A DNA stretch of 62,029 nucleotides, the filler included, from Choristocarpus tenellus KU-1152 (taxonomy: Eukaryota; Protista; Phaeophyceae), in the NCBI GenBank assembly GCA_964200185.2. It is 10 parts of 10 records of this genome, joined end to end, with 100 filler letters (N's around TTAATTAATTAA, not from the genome) between each part and the next. Parts side by side here need not be neighbours in the genome. Positions count along the whole stretch, not along the records: positions 1 to 8,624 come from CAXNAD020004518.1; positions 8,725 to 14,390 come from CAXNAD020010083.1; 8 more parts are not named here. One strand, written 5' to 3'. Shown here piece after piece: positions 1 through 11,165 of this stretch. The translations under genes and the position numbers were made by a program. The first letter of the stretch is position 1. Every line of letters begins with the position of its first letter. The notes under the pieces were generated by a model that was given only the letters and a program-made list of their open reading frames with translations, did not search any database and was not told the DNA's origin.

Positions 1-45
1 CCCCAAATGGACAGCCGCCACCCCCCCCCCCAGATACTTTGAGCC
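1..45. mobile_element. MITE family A, terminal fragment
   Basis: CCCCAAATGGACAGCCGCCACCCCC...AGATACTTTGAGCC is the reverse complement of the left end of the copy at 5645. Confidence 0.8.
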
Positions 46-211
46 AAATCCTTGGACAGTTGAAGGCGCAAACTAAACAGTAAATAGTTTCGATAAATTT
101 TATTCAAACAAACAAAAAAATAATGAATTAAGAACGACAAAAATAAAACTACTACCACTACCCTGTAATAGCTTCCTTAATTCTTCTTTTATTATTTTGT
201 GGGCTTTACAG

Positions 212-432
212 AAGCAGACCCCATCCAAAAGGCTCTACATGAACTCATGGTACAGCGCGTGGAACAGCAGAGACTTGTCGAAGACATGGACCGCGCAGTT
301 GACTTGCAATGCGAACAGCACCTTCTGCTCAAGGAAGAAAAGGGACGCAAAGAAGAGGCCATTGAGACGAAGCGTTATCAGGTTAAACAGAAACGCGATA
401 CAGCAGGCCCCGTCCTCCTGCCCAATCAATAA
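212..432 (+). CDS. Probable terminal exon of a coiled-coil protein
   Basis: Pyrimidine-rich tract and ...TTTACAG acceptor, then a charged helical peptide (ADPIQKALHELMVQRVEQQRLVEDMDR...KEEKGRKEEAIETKR) ending in TAA. Confidence 0.5.
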
Positions 433-454
433 AACATAATCATAATCTTGACTG

Positions 455-2620
455 TCACCTGTGGATTGAAGAGGGATCGCTGAGATGGTAGCAGACAAAA
501 CATGAAAGGCAACGATCTATCCATCCCACTGTAGTCCCTGGGATAACTGGTGTATGATATATAGCAAAGGGTACACGATGAATACTTCCATAGTACTGTA
601 TATTTTCTAGGTGAATTACCAAGTTCCAAGTGCAACAACTGCTTGCCTGTTCCAATACCCAGTTGCCTCTAGTACCAGCATCAATTCCACTGTACCAATA
701 ATTCTTGGTGGAGTATTGCCAAATTTCTGTCTCAGCTAAGAGTAACACCATCAAGTCGATAGTATACACTTGGCCTGATACCTCCCAACAATCTGCCATC
801 TTGACATTATGTATGGGTGTCTACCTCGAGTACAACATACTTGAAACCTTTGAAAAGAATAGAGTCACCAAGGACGAGATAAGAATAATATATATACATA
901 TATACATCCATACTTGCGCAGCATGCAACTCTCGATAAGAACAATTCATTTTGCTTCACCGAGATCTGCATTTCATAGCATTCCACCAACTCGCCAGTAT
1001 CCAAGACAGATTCCTCATCTCCCACACAATTTACATAAAAGGTGCAAGTGGGCTCCAAGGAGTGGCGACGGGAACAGAAGATTCAACGTGCTGCTAAAGC
1101 CGCAGGCAATGGGGCAGCACAAAGTTCAATTACACCTCTTCAAATAGGAACAAACGAGGATAACATAATGTGACACACGAATGGAGGGGGAAAATTAGGA
1201 ATGATCACATGGAAAATCTCTGGCAAGAGATTTCCCTCCAACTTCAGCTTCTTTCATTGATGAGATACCTCTTACCATATGCTAAAATAGTGTAATTTTT
1301 CAGTTACATACATACTAAGAGATCCTCAATTAAGGGCCACATTGCTGAGGTTGAGTTTTAGCGTCGGGAACTCCTGTCAGTTTGGTCAGCAGGGTGGCAT
1401 GACAGTAGAAGAAGTTGCTCAAGGTGTTTAACGTACTCCCATGTCGAATGCAGATTTTTTAGTTCGCATTTGCTGCCCAAATTCGGACAAATTTTCGTTG
1501 GTTCTTCCGCCAATCTCTTGCCTGACTGACCTTTAGCAATGGTAAGATGAATAATGTAATGTTCTAGCTTTCTTGTATCTTGGGGCTACATACAGTTATT
1601 TTGCGCTACATATTCCTGCACCACGACCGCCAAGCGGATAATTTCTTATGTTTTCGTGTATCCAACTTGCCTCTGTATAGTTATTTCTCCAAGGGAGAAA
1701 CCACCAAACATTATAGAACATAAATGTTGAGACCCCACAGGACATCCTGCCAAGTACAAAGTATCTATTGCTCCAGATAACATATCATGCCAAAGCAGTG
1801 TCTATTGTGCAACATGAGGCATGTTTTTTTAATTTGTCCCAGGTAACTGGTGGAGTTGCGTTACAGACCTGATTGCTGTTACCGCTATTGCCCTGCAGTC
1901 ATGGCATAACAAGTAGGCGTTGAGCCATACCAACAGTACCACTCATACCATCCACATGAACTGGTCCGACTATAAATGAATTGCCTCTTTGTGGAGAACT
2001 TTCGAACGGACCACCATCTCTAACTCTATGGATGGGGAAATGATCAAATGTCAACTTACTGCAGTAGCAATGGGTCTCATTCCATAATATATGCACATTG
2101 GAGGGTCATTCTTCATGGTAGTTGTACTGTACATGCTGGGGGTGTCTCAGCTAGCTCCACCCATGCAGAGATGCTTCAAATGATTCAAAGATGTCATTTA
2201 ACAGGTTCCAATAGCTCTGATGGTCTGCTCAACTCATTTACACATTGAAGACATTTTGCTCATTTACATCAGCAGGCCACACAAATCGCATCCACATGTA
2301 TGCTTGGTTGCCTTTCCAAAAATATGTCAAATAGGTTTCATAGTGTAATGAAGCACCGGTGAATTTGTACTGATGAACCTAGTGACATGCTGTGTACAGT
2401 CAAAGGTTATTTGGCACAACATTGTTGGGTAGTTCTTGGTGCATTCAGAGGAAGATACTCATGCTCAGCGTAGAGGCTCGTCACTGTGGGAAGAAGGGTT
2501 TTAGTATGTTTCAACCCTAAATATATTGAATCCAGTCGTGCATTCGGTTCTAGTGCAGAGCAAACTCGAGGTCTAATTGGGGCAAGGCCAACTAGAGAAA
2601 AAACAATAATCAGCATATGA
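455..2620 (-). pseudogene. Heavily decayed transposase-like ORF, possibly CxC5/KDZ-type
   Basis: Frameshifted minus-strand peptides IVFSLVGLAP...C-TRTEC and IFESFEASL...C-IYYGMRP...VD resemble the Cys clusters of CxC5/KDZ transposons; many stops. Confidence 0.3.
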
Positions 2621-3188
2621 GATACAACTGGTGGTTCTTATGTGAAGACAAAAAAGCAAAGAAACAATCTTGAATCAATATCTAGGACGACTCACATGGC
2701 ACATACGATGCTTGTATGTTTAGTAGATGTCGACTGTTCCATACTTGCTATGCACCATGGGGTTGTAACGGTGATTGATGATCCCATGATGAGGTACCAA
2801 ATGATGTAAATGTGAGTAACAACCAGTATCGACGTGTGAATCAACAGTCAGTATGAACTGGTAATACAGAATCGTATCAATGACAAAAAATATTAGCCTA
2901 GGTTTTAACAGGGGTCACTAGAAATCTCAAGACACGATAGAAGAGAGCATCTGTGATGTTTGGCATCCCTGATTGAAGAGATATCCACTACCTATGGGAT
3001 TGGTCCCTTAAATATTTAACGCCCCAATCTCACGAAAGATCCTCCGTTGGAATTGGGGATTCCTCGTAAGGAACCCTTAATCGGTAAATGGTAAATGACA
3101 TACAGCATTAGCGCTGTGACAACAGACAACTCTGATTTCCACAAGAGTACTTACACAAAAGTAGCGGTACAAGCAAGTGACACTTATT

Positions 3189-3351
3189 GGTAGCAGTAGT
3201 AGCAGTAGTAGCAGTAGTAGCAGTAGTTATGTCAGTACTAGTACAAGTAGTAGTACACAAGCACGAACTATTATTATACTCTTTGGCAAATGTAGTAGTA
3301 GTGGTAGTGGCGATAGTAGTACCACTAGTACTAAGTAGTAGTAGTAGCAGC
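3189..3351. repeat. Degenerate (TAG/CAG)n trinucleotide microsatellite
   Basis: GTAGCAGTAGTAGCAG... runs; explains the Val-rich and Thr-rich spurious ORFs here. Confidence 0.85.
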
Positions 3352-4312
3352 ATTGACTCTCAAGCAGTCTGTGTTGCCTTCTTTTGACCACCTTTCTACA
3401 ATACCCATAAAATAATGTGACTAATAATATGTATAATGAATACTGTATATGAAAAGAATAAAATCCGATTTAGATACTGAAAATGACATGGATAACGATA
3501 CCACAGTGTGATTGTTGTCAGAGGTCAAGGTCTGCAAGAAGTTAAGGAAGGTCGCCAAGAAGGTCCAGAGCGCACGGAGAAGATAGAGAAGCCACAGAGC
3601 TAGTTCTACAGGACCACATAAGCTACCAGAGCAATCACATTATTCTGTAGCGCCCAGAGCAATCAGTTGTGTTCTCTAGGAAGAATATTGTATACACAAT
3701 GTGCCAGGTACACTGACGTACAGCATTGCAGTGCAATAACGTTCAATAATACATGAAAGGCAGTTCAGAGTGAAGACAATAATCAACAACTGATATTCAT
3801 CTTCGTACCCCTTCAGCCTGGGGGTCCAAAATTCTAGAACGATCTCTAACAACGTTTTCAAGTACATTTGTATAAAGCATGGACAATGTAAGGGAAGCAC
3901 TCCAACCATAAAGTGATGTGGGGGTTGAGTAAAGAATGATAGTGGAGTGAAATTTGAAGAGTAATCGCAAGTTTATTAGCAGGGTTGGAGATATTGGGAT
4001 ATTCTTGATGCACAAAAACAAATCAATCTGTTGCGTATTCGTACCATACCTCCTACCGAACAAAAAAGAGTATGTTTAACCAAAAAAAGTCAACAACAGT
4101 TGAGAAGGTGGGGAACGACTTAGAGTTTCACAGGTCAGCCCGAACTATCAACTCTTTAGACCAGTAAAGGCTGGGTACTTGACACCCACAAGATGGTCAC
4201 ACTCGCATGGTTTCCCACTGTGGAAATGATGCTGCAATAGTACTGGTGGTGAGTGTGACTCCATACCATGCCCATCGTTCTTGCCAATTTTCTCGTCGTT
4301 CTACGACCTGAA

Positions 4313-4771
4313 TGTTGAAATATTCCACACTGGACCCGCGGCTTTGGTGCTTTGATGAAGGACAATGAATAGCTTGATGTAGATATGCAATGTTAATGTT
4401 ACAATGGACTAGTGGTCTCGATTCCGCTGACTGACTTGATGGGGTGAGACAAGCCTAGACTACCACTATTTTTTCTATGGTGTGGGGTTTGTAATCTTCC
4501 ACAATAATTTACTATGAAGCACTTACTAGTTATAAGTATAGCAAGTGTATCTTGAACATGACACAAAAATCAATGGACACTATGAGTCAGAAGATAAGAT
4601 ATATCTGTCACTGGTTCTGCATCCTATCACCTCATCCACTGGTGGCGTCTATAGTGTATCAGCAGCACTATCTGCGAATACGGAACCTGCACTGAGAGAG
4701 GGGGACACAAAGGGATATTCTTGCCACCTTCTTGAACCCAAAAGGTTGCTTCAAGTCTAACATACACAACA
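4313..4771 (+). mobile_element. LTR-like unit (~459 bp, TGTTG...CAACA)
   Basis: Perfect 5-bp TG...CA terminal inverted repeat; clearly homologous to 58582-59028 (minus strand), where similarity starts at the same TGTTG. No clean TSD. Confidence 0.6.
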
Positions 4772-4881
4772 GGAATCATATAGAATGATATAGTGCTGGT
4801 CATCTTGTCTACTCTGTCACTATTCAGTGTCCGTCTTGTCACTCACCACAAACATCACAGGAATATCGGCTCGATATAGGA

Positions 4882-5335
4882 TGTTCAAGTGTCCCACTTG
4901 AACCCGTGGAAAATATGATGCATGATGTGCTAAAGAATGACAGAGGATAGTACATGACTTGGTTTGAATGTACATTTATTAGAGTTCAAGGTGGGTTTGA
5001 CCTAAATTCCATTGAGTGACCTGGTGGGGACTAAGAGCACTCACTACTATTCCTACAGTGTGGGGTTTTGCGTTTGTTCACACAAACTACCTACGAACCA
5101 CCTCCTTGCTCGTCTTCAGTATGATTAACATACTAAAAAGAGAATACTAATCACGGAGCATTAATCAATGAGCGTACGTGGTAAATTATGTCACTTGTCA
5201 GACACTCAAACAGAATGCTCTGAGAACATAACAAGAAAACAATAGATCCATCACTGGATCTATACCTCCTATTGTCTACTCCACCAGTGGCGTCCATAGT
5301 GTATCAACTGGACCATCCACGAGCAAGGGATTAGG
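4882..5335 (+). mobile_element. Second, more diverged and truncated copy of the LTR-like unit
   Basis: Colinear shared blocks with 4313-4771: TGTTCAAGTGTCCCACTTGAACCCGTGG, GTGTGGGGTTT, TCCACCAGTGGCGTCCATAGTGTATCA. Confidence 0.5.
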
Positions 5336-5644
5336 TCAGAGCTTTATGAAGGGGGTTTAGGGTTAATGAAGGCATTCAAAATCTTGCTCTCTTCATTGTT
5401 GATCAGGACCACCCACCAAAGGCCTATCAATCTCCTGACGGATTGAGCTCTCATGTGGGTCAAATATAGCATAGTCACACACAGGAGGTATCCCACGAAC
5501 AAACATCTTCTTAGTGTTGTACTCAATTAATCTTCGGCAAATAGTGTTGGGGTTAGGGTTGGGGCTAGCGACCGTTCATATTTATATTACATATACTCTG
5601 GAGTATACACAGCGTTCTCTGTCATGATTTATTGTTCAAGAATT

Positions 5645-5823
5645 AGCTCGAAGTATCTGGGAGGGGGTGGCGGCTGTCCATTTGGGTCAATCTTTTCATG
5701 TCGCGATTTTTGGGAGATTTGGTGGCATACGTTGGATGGATACTTAAGTACACTTTTCCTGATTTTGACCCAAAATGGACAACCTGATGTAGACCCCCCT
5801 CCCCCTCCGAGATACTTTGGGTC
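5645..5823. mobile_element. MITE family A, complete copy (179 bp) with 3-bp TSD ATT
   Basis: Imperfect TIRs AGCTCGAAGTATCT / AGATACTTTGGGTC plus inner inverted TGTCCATTTGGGTC / GACCCAAAATGGACA; ATT on both flanks. Confidence 0.8.
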
Positions 5824-7037
5824 ATTAACTGTACAAGTATCATCATCATGCTCTTGTTCTCGTGTAACTTTGCCAGATAGGGGTATGGTTAGGGATGAGG
5901 CAGAAATAATTACGGTACACATGCAGTATCAAACATCAAGATTTGATTCATTAAGATCCATCCGACTCACAAACGCCACTTACAGTGTCTTGTATTTAAT
6001 CAAAATAGACATAACTGAACCTTTCGAACCCGACGGATTTGAACATTTGAAACTACCAGAAATTTCCTTAAAGTGGAATTTTATTAGCTGTTGCATTTTA
6101 CGAGACGAAACCGAAATGAGATTTTTGTGCATACTGCAGTTTGTCCTTCCCAACCCTCTCACAACCCTAACCCTAAGTCTAGATCATTCTTAGCAGGTTT
6201 GGTACATATTGCTATGATTGGTCTCCGCCTCAGTGGACATGCCTCTCGAAAGTTGGGAAGCAGATGTATGGTTGGGGTATACGCATGGAAAAATCAGTTA
6301 GGCATTTTATCACACATCACAGGTTAATGCTTCCTTGTAGGAGTTTGTCAGAGGTGTCAAGAGATGGGCAGCCTAAGCTGAGAACATTGAGAAAGATTAG
6401 CTGATTAAGGGTTGTCCCTATACAAGAAAGAATCCGTACTCATTGTTCGTTTTGATAAATGTTTTGGGTCTTTGGCATTATCAGTGAGGTCTCTTGGTCA
6501 GATCCACATTATTTCCCTCTTGGCAAGCAAAGCCGGACACAGCCTCTACCATACTACTACTACTACTACTACTACTATTACTTCTACCAGTGCCGATGAC
6601 CTGGTTGCGCACATGACCCTTGTTGCGAAGTAAAATAGTTGGTTTTCGTGTAGGAAGTAAAATGTTTCAGATTTTTTTTCCTACGCTGCTAAGAGGTAAT
6701 AGAGGGAACGCTTGATAAGACGTATCTATTGAAAGTTATCACATGCCGAAGTTTCGGTACGGGGCGATCGTGTCCACCTCGCAAATGTTGTAATACGTAG
6801 AGCATGAAAGGTGGATCCAACAGTAGCGAGAGTCAAACCAATTGAGGGGTAGGCAGGGATGCATTTAGAGGATCCCAAGAAACGGCAAAAGTCATTTCAT
6901 TTGGTACAATCGGGGAAAGAGCCCCTTAGATAATGGTGGTTTCACTTTGTATGTTGAAAGGGGGAAAAGCAATTTTGCGTACGCTATTGTACACACTTGA
7001 AAGCTTCGAAATAGAGTGCATTGCAGAGGGTAAGAAA

Positions 7038-7181
7038 AGATCAAAGTATATGTGAGGGGGTGGCGGCTGTCCCTTTGGTTGCATGTGTTGGATGGATAAT
7101 GAAAGTGCATTTTTCCTGATTTTGACCCAAATGGACACCATGCTGTAGACCCCCCCCCCCCCCTCCAAGATACTTTGGGTC
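7038..7181. mobile_element. MITE family A, internally deleted copy with TSD AAA
   Basis: Colinear with 5645-5823; same termini; AAA on both flanks. Confidence 0.75.
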
Positions 7182-8483
7182 AAAGATAACTTCGCATGAA
7201 AAAGGGTTCCAAATCCAAACCCGCCTACTTCTGGATTAGTTTGGGAGTTTGCTGTGGATAAGTAGTGATTGCTTATTGCACTATAGCCCACCTCGCATTG
7301 ATGCATTGACCGATAACTCTTTTTTTCTCAACAACCATAAAGCTAAATCTTCGAATCAAAAGGAACAAAAAAAAAGCGATTTTTTTTTTTACTCTTTGGT
7401 CGTTGGATATGTACCAATAGGATGCATACGCCGCGATTGTTTCGAAAGTACTACTGCAATTGTATAATGGACTCGGAATCCTGATAATAAACAGCTTATA
7501 TTGCATTCACCAAACTGGTGCAAAAAAGCGTGCAATAACACGTTTGATTGCACGCAATCAAGTATCTCTTACGGTTTCTTAGAGTTGCAAGTTCAAAAAG
7601 CACTCATACGCTACAGCACACGTCACAGTTTTGACAAGGGGGGGGAGAGGGGAAAACACATGTACACTCTTCTTAATACCATGTAGGAAGCAGGCCAGAT
7701 TAGATAGCCGCTAGATACTAGAATAAAACATAAACAACCAAGGCATCATTCATGCAGGGGATCAACTAACATCGTACCTTCAATGGCACCTACACACAAA
7801 CACAGCCAAACACACACACACACACACACAGCTGCTTTGGCAACTCCGTCCAGGACATCGCCTCCTCCATTATTACCACAACAAGAACATTTTCACACCT
7901 TGAAGCGTTCTCATCTTGCAAGGGCCTCTCCTAAGAAATACACTACAACGACCCTGAAATAGTAGCGCAGTGCAAGGGACTACATTGAAAGTAACCATCT
8001 ATTTAATACCACACCCTCCCCTCCCTCCCCTTGAATGGCAGACTAAACCCTCACAAGACCAGCCTCTGCAAACAACGATTTCCCCTCTCGGCGCATTCAA
8101 CAGCAGGAAGACAGACAACCTCAACCCTGGATACCCTTCACAGTTAAATAGATCGGCAATCGGGGACAAGAGTGCAGACAGCACGTCCCCCCCTGCCTAC
8201 CTCCCCGCACAGGTTAGGGTTAGGGGAAGGGAGTGATCACAAATCCTACCACCAGTGGTGTTCATATGTAAGTAGGCATACCAAACAAACTTCAACAAGA
8301 AACGCATTCCCACCAAGGACTGCTGATGGAAAAACAAAATAGACCCGTGACTCACAACCACAAGCCCCAAAAGCATCACATCACACACAGCACAACAAGC
8401 CATCACGACTCCAGGTGGTGTGCTTGAAAAGAGCAAGAGCAAGAGGAACAGGGGCGGGGGCGGGGGGCGGGGCAACTCATCCA

Positions 8484-8564
8484 TTATGTTCGCCTGGATA
8501 ACTTGCCCTCATCCTCACTCGAGTCTTCCACCGTATGGTCATAATAGCCATCAAACATATTACC
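8484..8564 (-). CDS. Probable terminal exon (GNMFDGYYDHTVEDSSEDEGKLSRRT*)
   Basis: Long pyrimidine tract and CCAAG acceptor on the minus strand, 27 codons to TAA; upstream exons are off the contig. Confidence 0.45.
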   Translation of the reverse strand, partial: GNMFDGYYDHTVEDSSEDEGKLSRRT

Positions 8565-8624
8565 CTTGGAAGGCGGTATGAAGCAAATCCAGAGGAACAG
8601 GAACAAGGAGAGAAGGTGGGGGGC

Positions 8625-8724
8625 NNNNNNNNNNNNNNNNNNNNNNNNNNNNNNNNNNNNNNNNNNNNTTAATTAATTAANNNNNNNNNNNNNNNNNNNN
8701 NNNNNNNNNNNNNNNNNNNNNNNN
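8625..8724. other. Artificial contig-joining spacer (N44-TTAATTAATTAA-N44); identical spacers at 14391-14490, 17331-17430, 22585-22684, 28180-28279, 32039-32138, 43602-43701, 47914-48013, 56537-56636
   Basis: Identical 100-bp structure nine times; the core TTAATTAATTAA gives stops in all six frames. Separate 10-N scaffold gaps at 46424-46433 and 58648-58657. Confidence 0.97.
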
Positions 8725-8881
8725 TACATGTACATCACATCAACGAGGAATGAGTTGCACGGCACGGCACAGCACGGGTGGGGTAGGGGGTGGGGGTTTC
8801 AACAGAAAAAAGGCATTATTGTGTACCCCAAGTGTGTCATCATCAGTGGAAACATTGTAGGTAGGAGGGGGAGGACAGGGC

Positions 8882-10907
8882 TCAGAACAAGTTTGTAGAC
8901 ACACATGAAACAACTTGCAAGTGACGTAAGGGATATCTGGAGACGGGGTACGGTACCGAAACGAGAAGTGGTGTGCTGTCCTGAGAACAGTAATTCAAAT
9001 AGAACCTTCCACACACAAGAGGCCATTCTAAAGAACTAAAGGATACGCAAAAACTTCCAGAGGGGAATAATACAAATGAACGGGATTGCAGAAATTGTAC
9101 CGCAAGGAGGTCAACTGCACATGGCATGGCTAACATTAAAGGGAATGGTACAGACAAAAAGTAGGGAGAAGGGTCTCACCGAGCGGACCATCTGGGTGCC
9201 ACACGAGCATGCTATGCACACCGAGATAGCAACAGCACAAGACACTCCAATGGCAATGTTAATGAAAGTCTCCATGTTTCCCCCACTCCCACCGCCCGCT
9301 GTCGCACAAACAGCACCCACGTTGTCTGCCACACAGCAGGGGCAGTCCTCCCAGTCTGGCATACGCTCCCCAGGAAATGTTGCAATCCATGCCTCACGGT
9401 CGTAAAAGCAAAAACGGCAGTTGTCAATGGTGCGGGCATTGCACCCGGTCAGGTCTGTTTCTCCACACCGCCCGTCATGGTACAGTCCCACACCCTCAAG
9501 GTTCAATCCATCCGATAGAGATGTGCATGTCAGCTCCGCAGGGAGGGTGCAGTAGGATTCAGATGCATCAACCGCCTCTGCCACAACAATCAGTGGCGTC
9601 GCATCCGTCACCTCACACACACCGTTCGACACTGTGAAAGACACACTCTCTCCAGCCTTGCCAATGTGGTTGCATACAGTCCACCCCATATCATAGGACC
9701 ATTCAGCGTTGGCTGTTGTGGAGAAAACGTAACTGCCGTCCTCCAGGCACTCCTTGATAGTCTGTGAGGCATGGTCCTCGGGTAAGGTCCCCTCAGAGAT
9801 GATGTCGCTACCATCTGCCAGCACGCGAGACAGCGTCCAGGAGTTGTAACGGCCATTGCTTCCCCCTGCCCAGCCATCGCCGTACTCGTCTACGAGTTGA
9901 ATCTGGTGAGTAATTCGTGAGTCAGGAGGAAACGAGTTAAGAAACCGAGGATAGATGAGGAAAATGAGCAGAGGGTTGGGGGTACCTGTGGCGAGGGTAG
10001 GGGAGACCCTTGATGGGGCCTGAGAGAGATGGTAGTTGAAATGTCATGGGCATCCATTAGCAATGAAGCGATACAAATTAAGTGAAAATGGTAAAGGAAT
10101 ATTACAAGTGGGAACGGCTCTGAAAAGGACAAGTGAACGCGTTGGGCGTGATGAATCACGACGAAATATGCTTCTGAAAACATGAAATCGACACAGCATC
10201 CACCGATAACCTAATGAGATACTCATTCAATGCCACATCTGCCACAAGCAACTATTTTTTCATGAGACACCGTTACAGGCACGATGGCACAAAAAGTATG
10301 GAAAAAGACGGATATGGTCTGTCACAGCGTTGGGACTGCAGACGAAATAGCTCACATCTAACGCATAGTCCGGGCTGCACGTCTTGACAGGGCAGGTTTC
10401 ATTGCTAGGGCAGTTAGTCTGTACTGCGTCAGTGGCTGTAGGGTCCACATCTATGGAGAGGTCCACGTGCACGCTGTGAGCCCCGCGGGGTTGAGTGGAA
10501 CGGGTTATGACCACATCGTACAGGATCTGTCCAAGTCCCACCTCAAGGGCATTCTCAACACTCCGCCACGCAAAGTCAACGCACACTTCGAATTGACACA
10601 CGTCACGTCCCTGCGCGAGCAGCGCCCCTGTGCCATCTTTACAGTAAACGGTGACTTCTAGAGTTCCATCGCCAGGATCATTTGATGTAAAGGGGGTTGT
10701 GGTTAACAGGGTACACCCAGGCGTCGTCGAGGAACCACTGACATGGGCTGCTGCATGGACCTCACGAGTGCATCCCCCATAGCAATTTCCTCCGTCTACA
10801 ATGTCAATCGGGACAACAGTATCCACTAGCTGGGCCACCAGTACCTTGTCGGCCCAACTTAAGCCCAGAAATGCGCCCAGCAAAACGAACGCTTGTGTGA
10901 AGAACAT
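8882..10907 (-). CDS. Cys-rich type-I membrane / cell-surface protein (3 exons)
   Basis: Exons 10907-10356 (GTGAG donor), 9902-9180 (CAG acceptor, GTGAG donor) and tentative 8980-8882, all phase 0. Signal peptide MFFTQAFVLLGAFLGLSWA, DEYGDGW motif, Cys-rich module (GVGLYHDGRC...GC...CRFC...CPCCV), TM helix FINIAIGVSCAVAISVCIAC. Confidence 0.8.
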
Positions 10908-11100
10908 CTCGGCCGTTCGTTACACCTCGCAAAATAGAAATCACTCCAATCTGTATAACACGATAGAGGCGGAGACCACCGCAGGTTGTGGTGTTGAGAA
11001 GTTTAACTGGACCCCAAAAATGTCCAGAAAAAGAAAAGGTAGTAGTATGGAGGACGACAAGATCCTCAACTCCCCTTCCTTAAGATGAAATTTCTCCCTT

Positions 11101-11165
11101 TTTCTCACTCTCGCTTTCTCTCACTCTCGCTTTCTCTCACTCTCTCTCTCACTAGCTCGCTCACT
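11101..11165. repeat. Short tandem repeat of TTTCTCTCACTCTCGC-like units upstream of the surface-protein gene
   Basis: About three 16-bp units directly visible, decaying into (CT)n. Confidence 0.7.

Noticed and set aside
5624-6193. 189-aa ORF and similar 'KYLGGGGG / PPPPRYF' ORFs
   Set aside because: Translations of the MITE and its G/C runs, not genes.
7250-7620. Possible MITE with TGCTGT...ACAGCA ends and repeated TTGCA motifs
   Set aside because: Inverted repeat is too degenerate and there is no second copy in the window.
8669-8680. Recurrent palindromic TTAATTAATTAA
   Set aside because: Always centred in N-runs; an artificial six-frame-stop linker.
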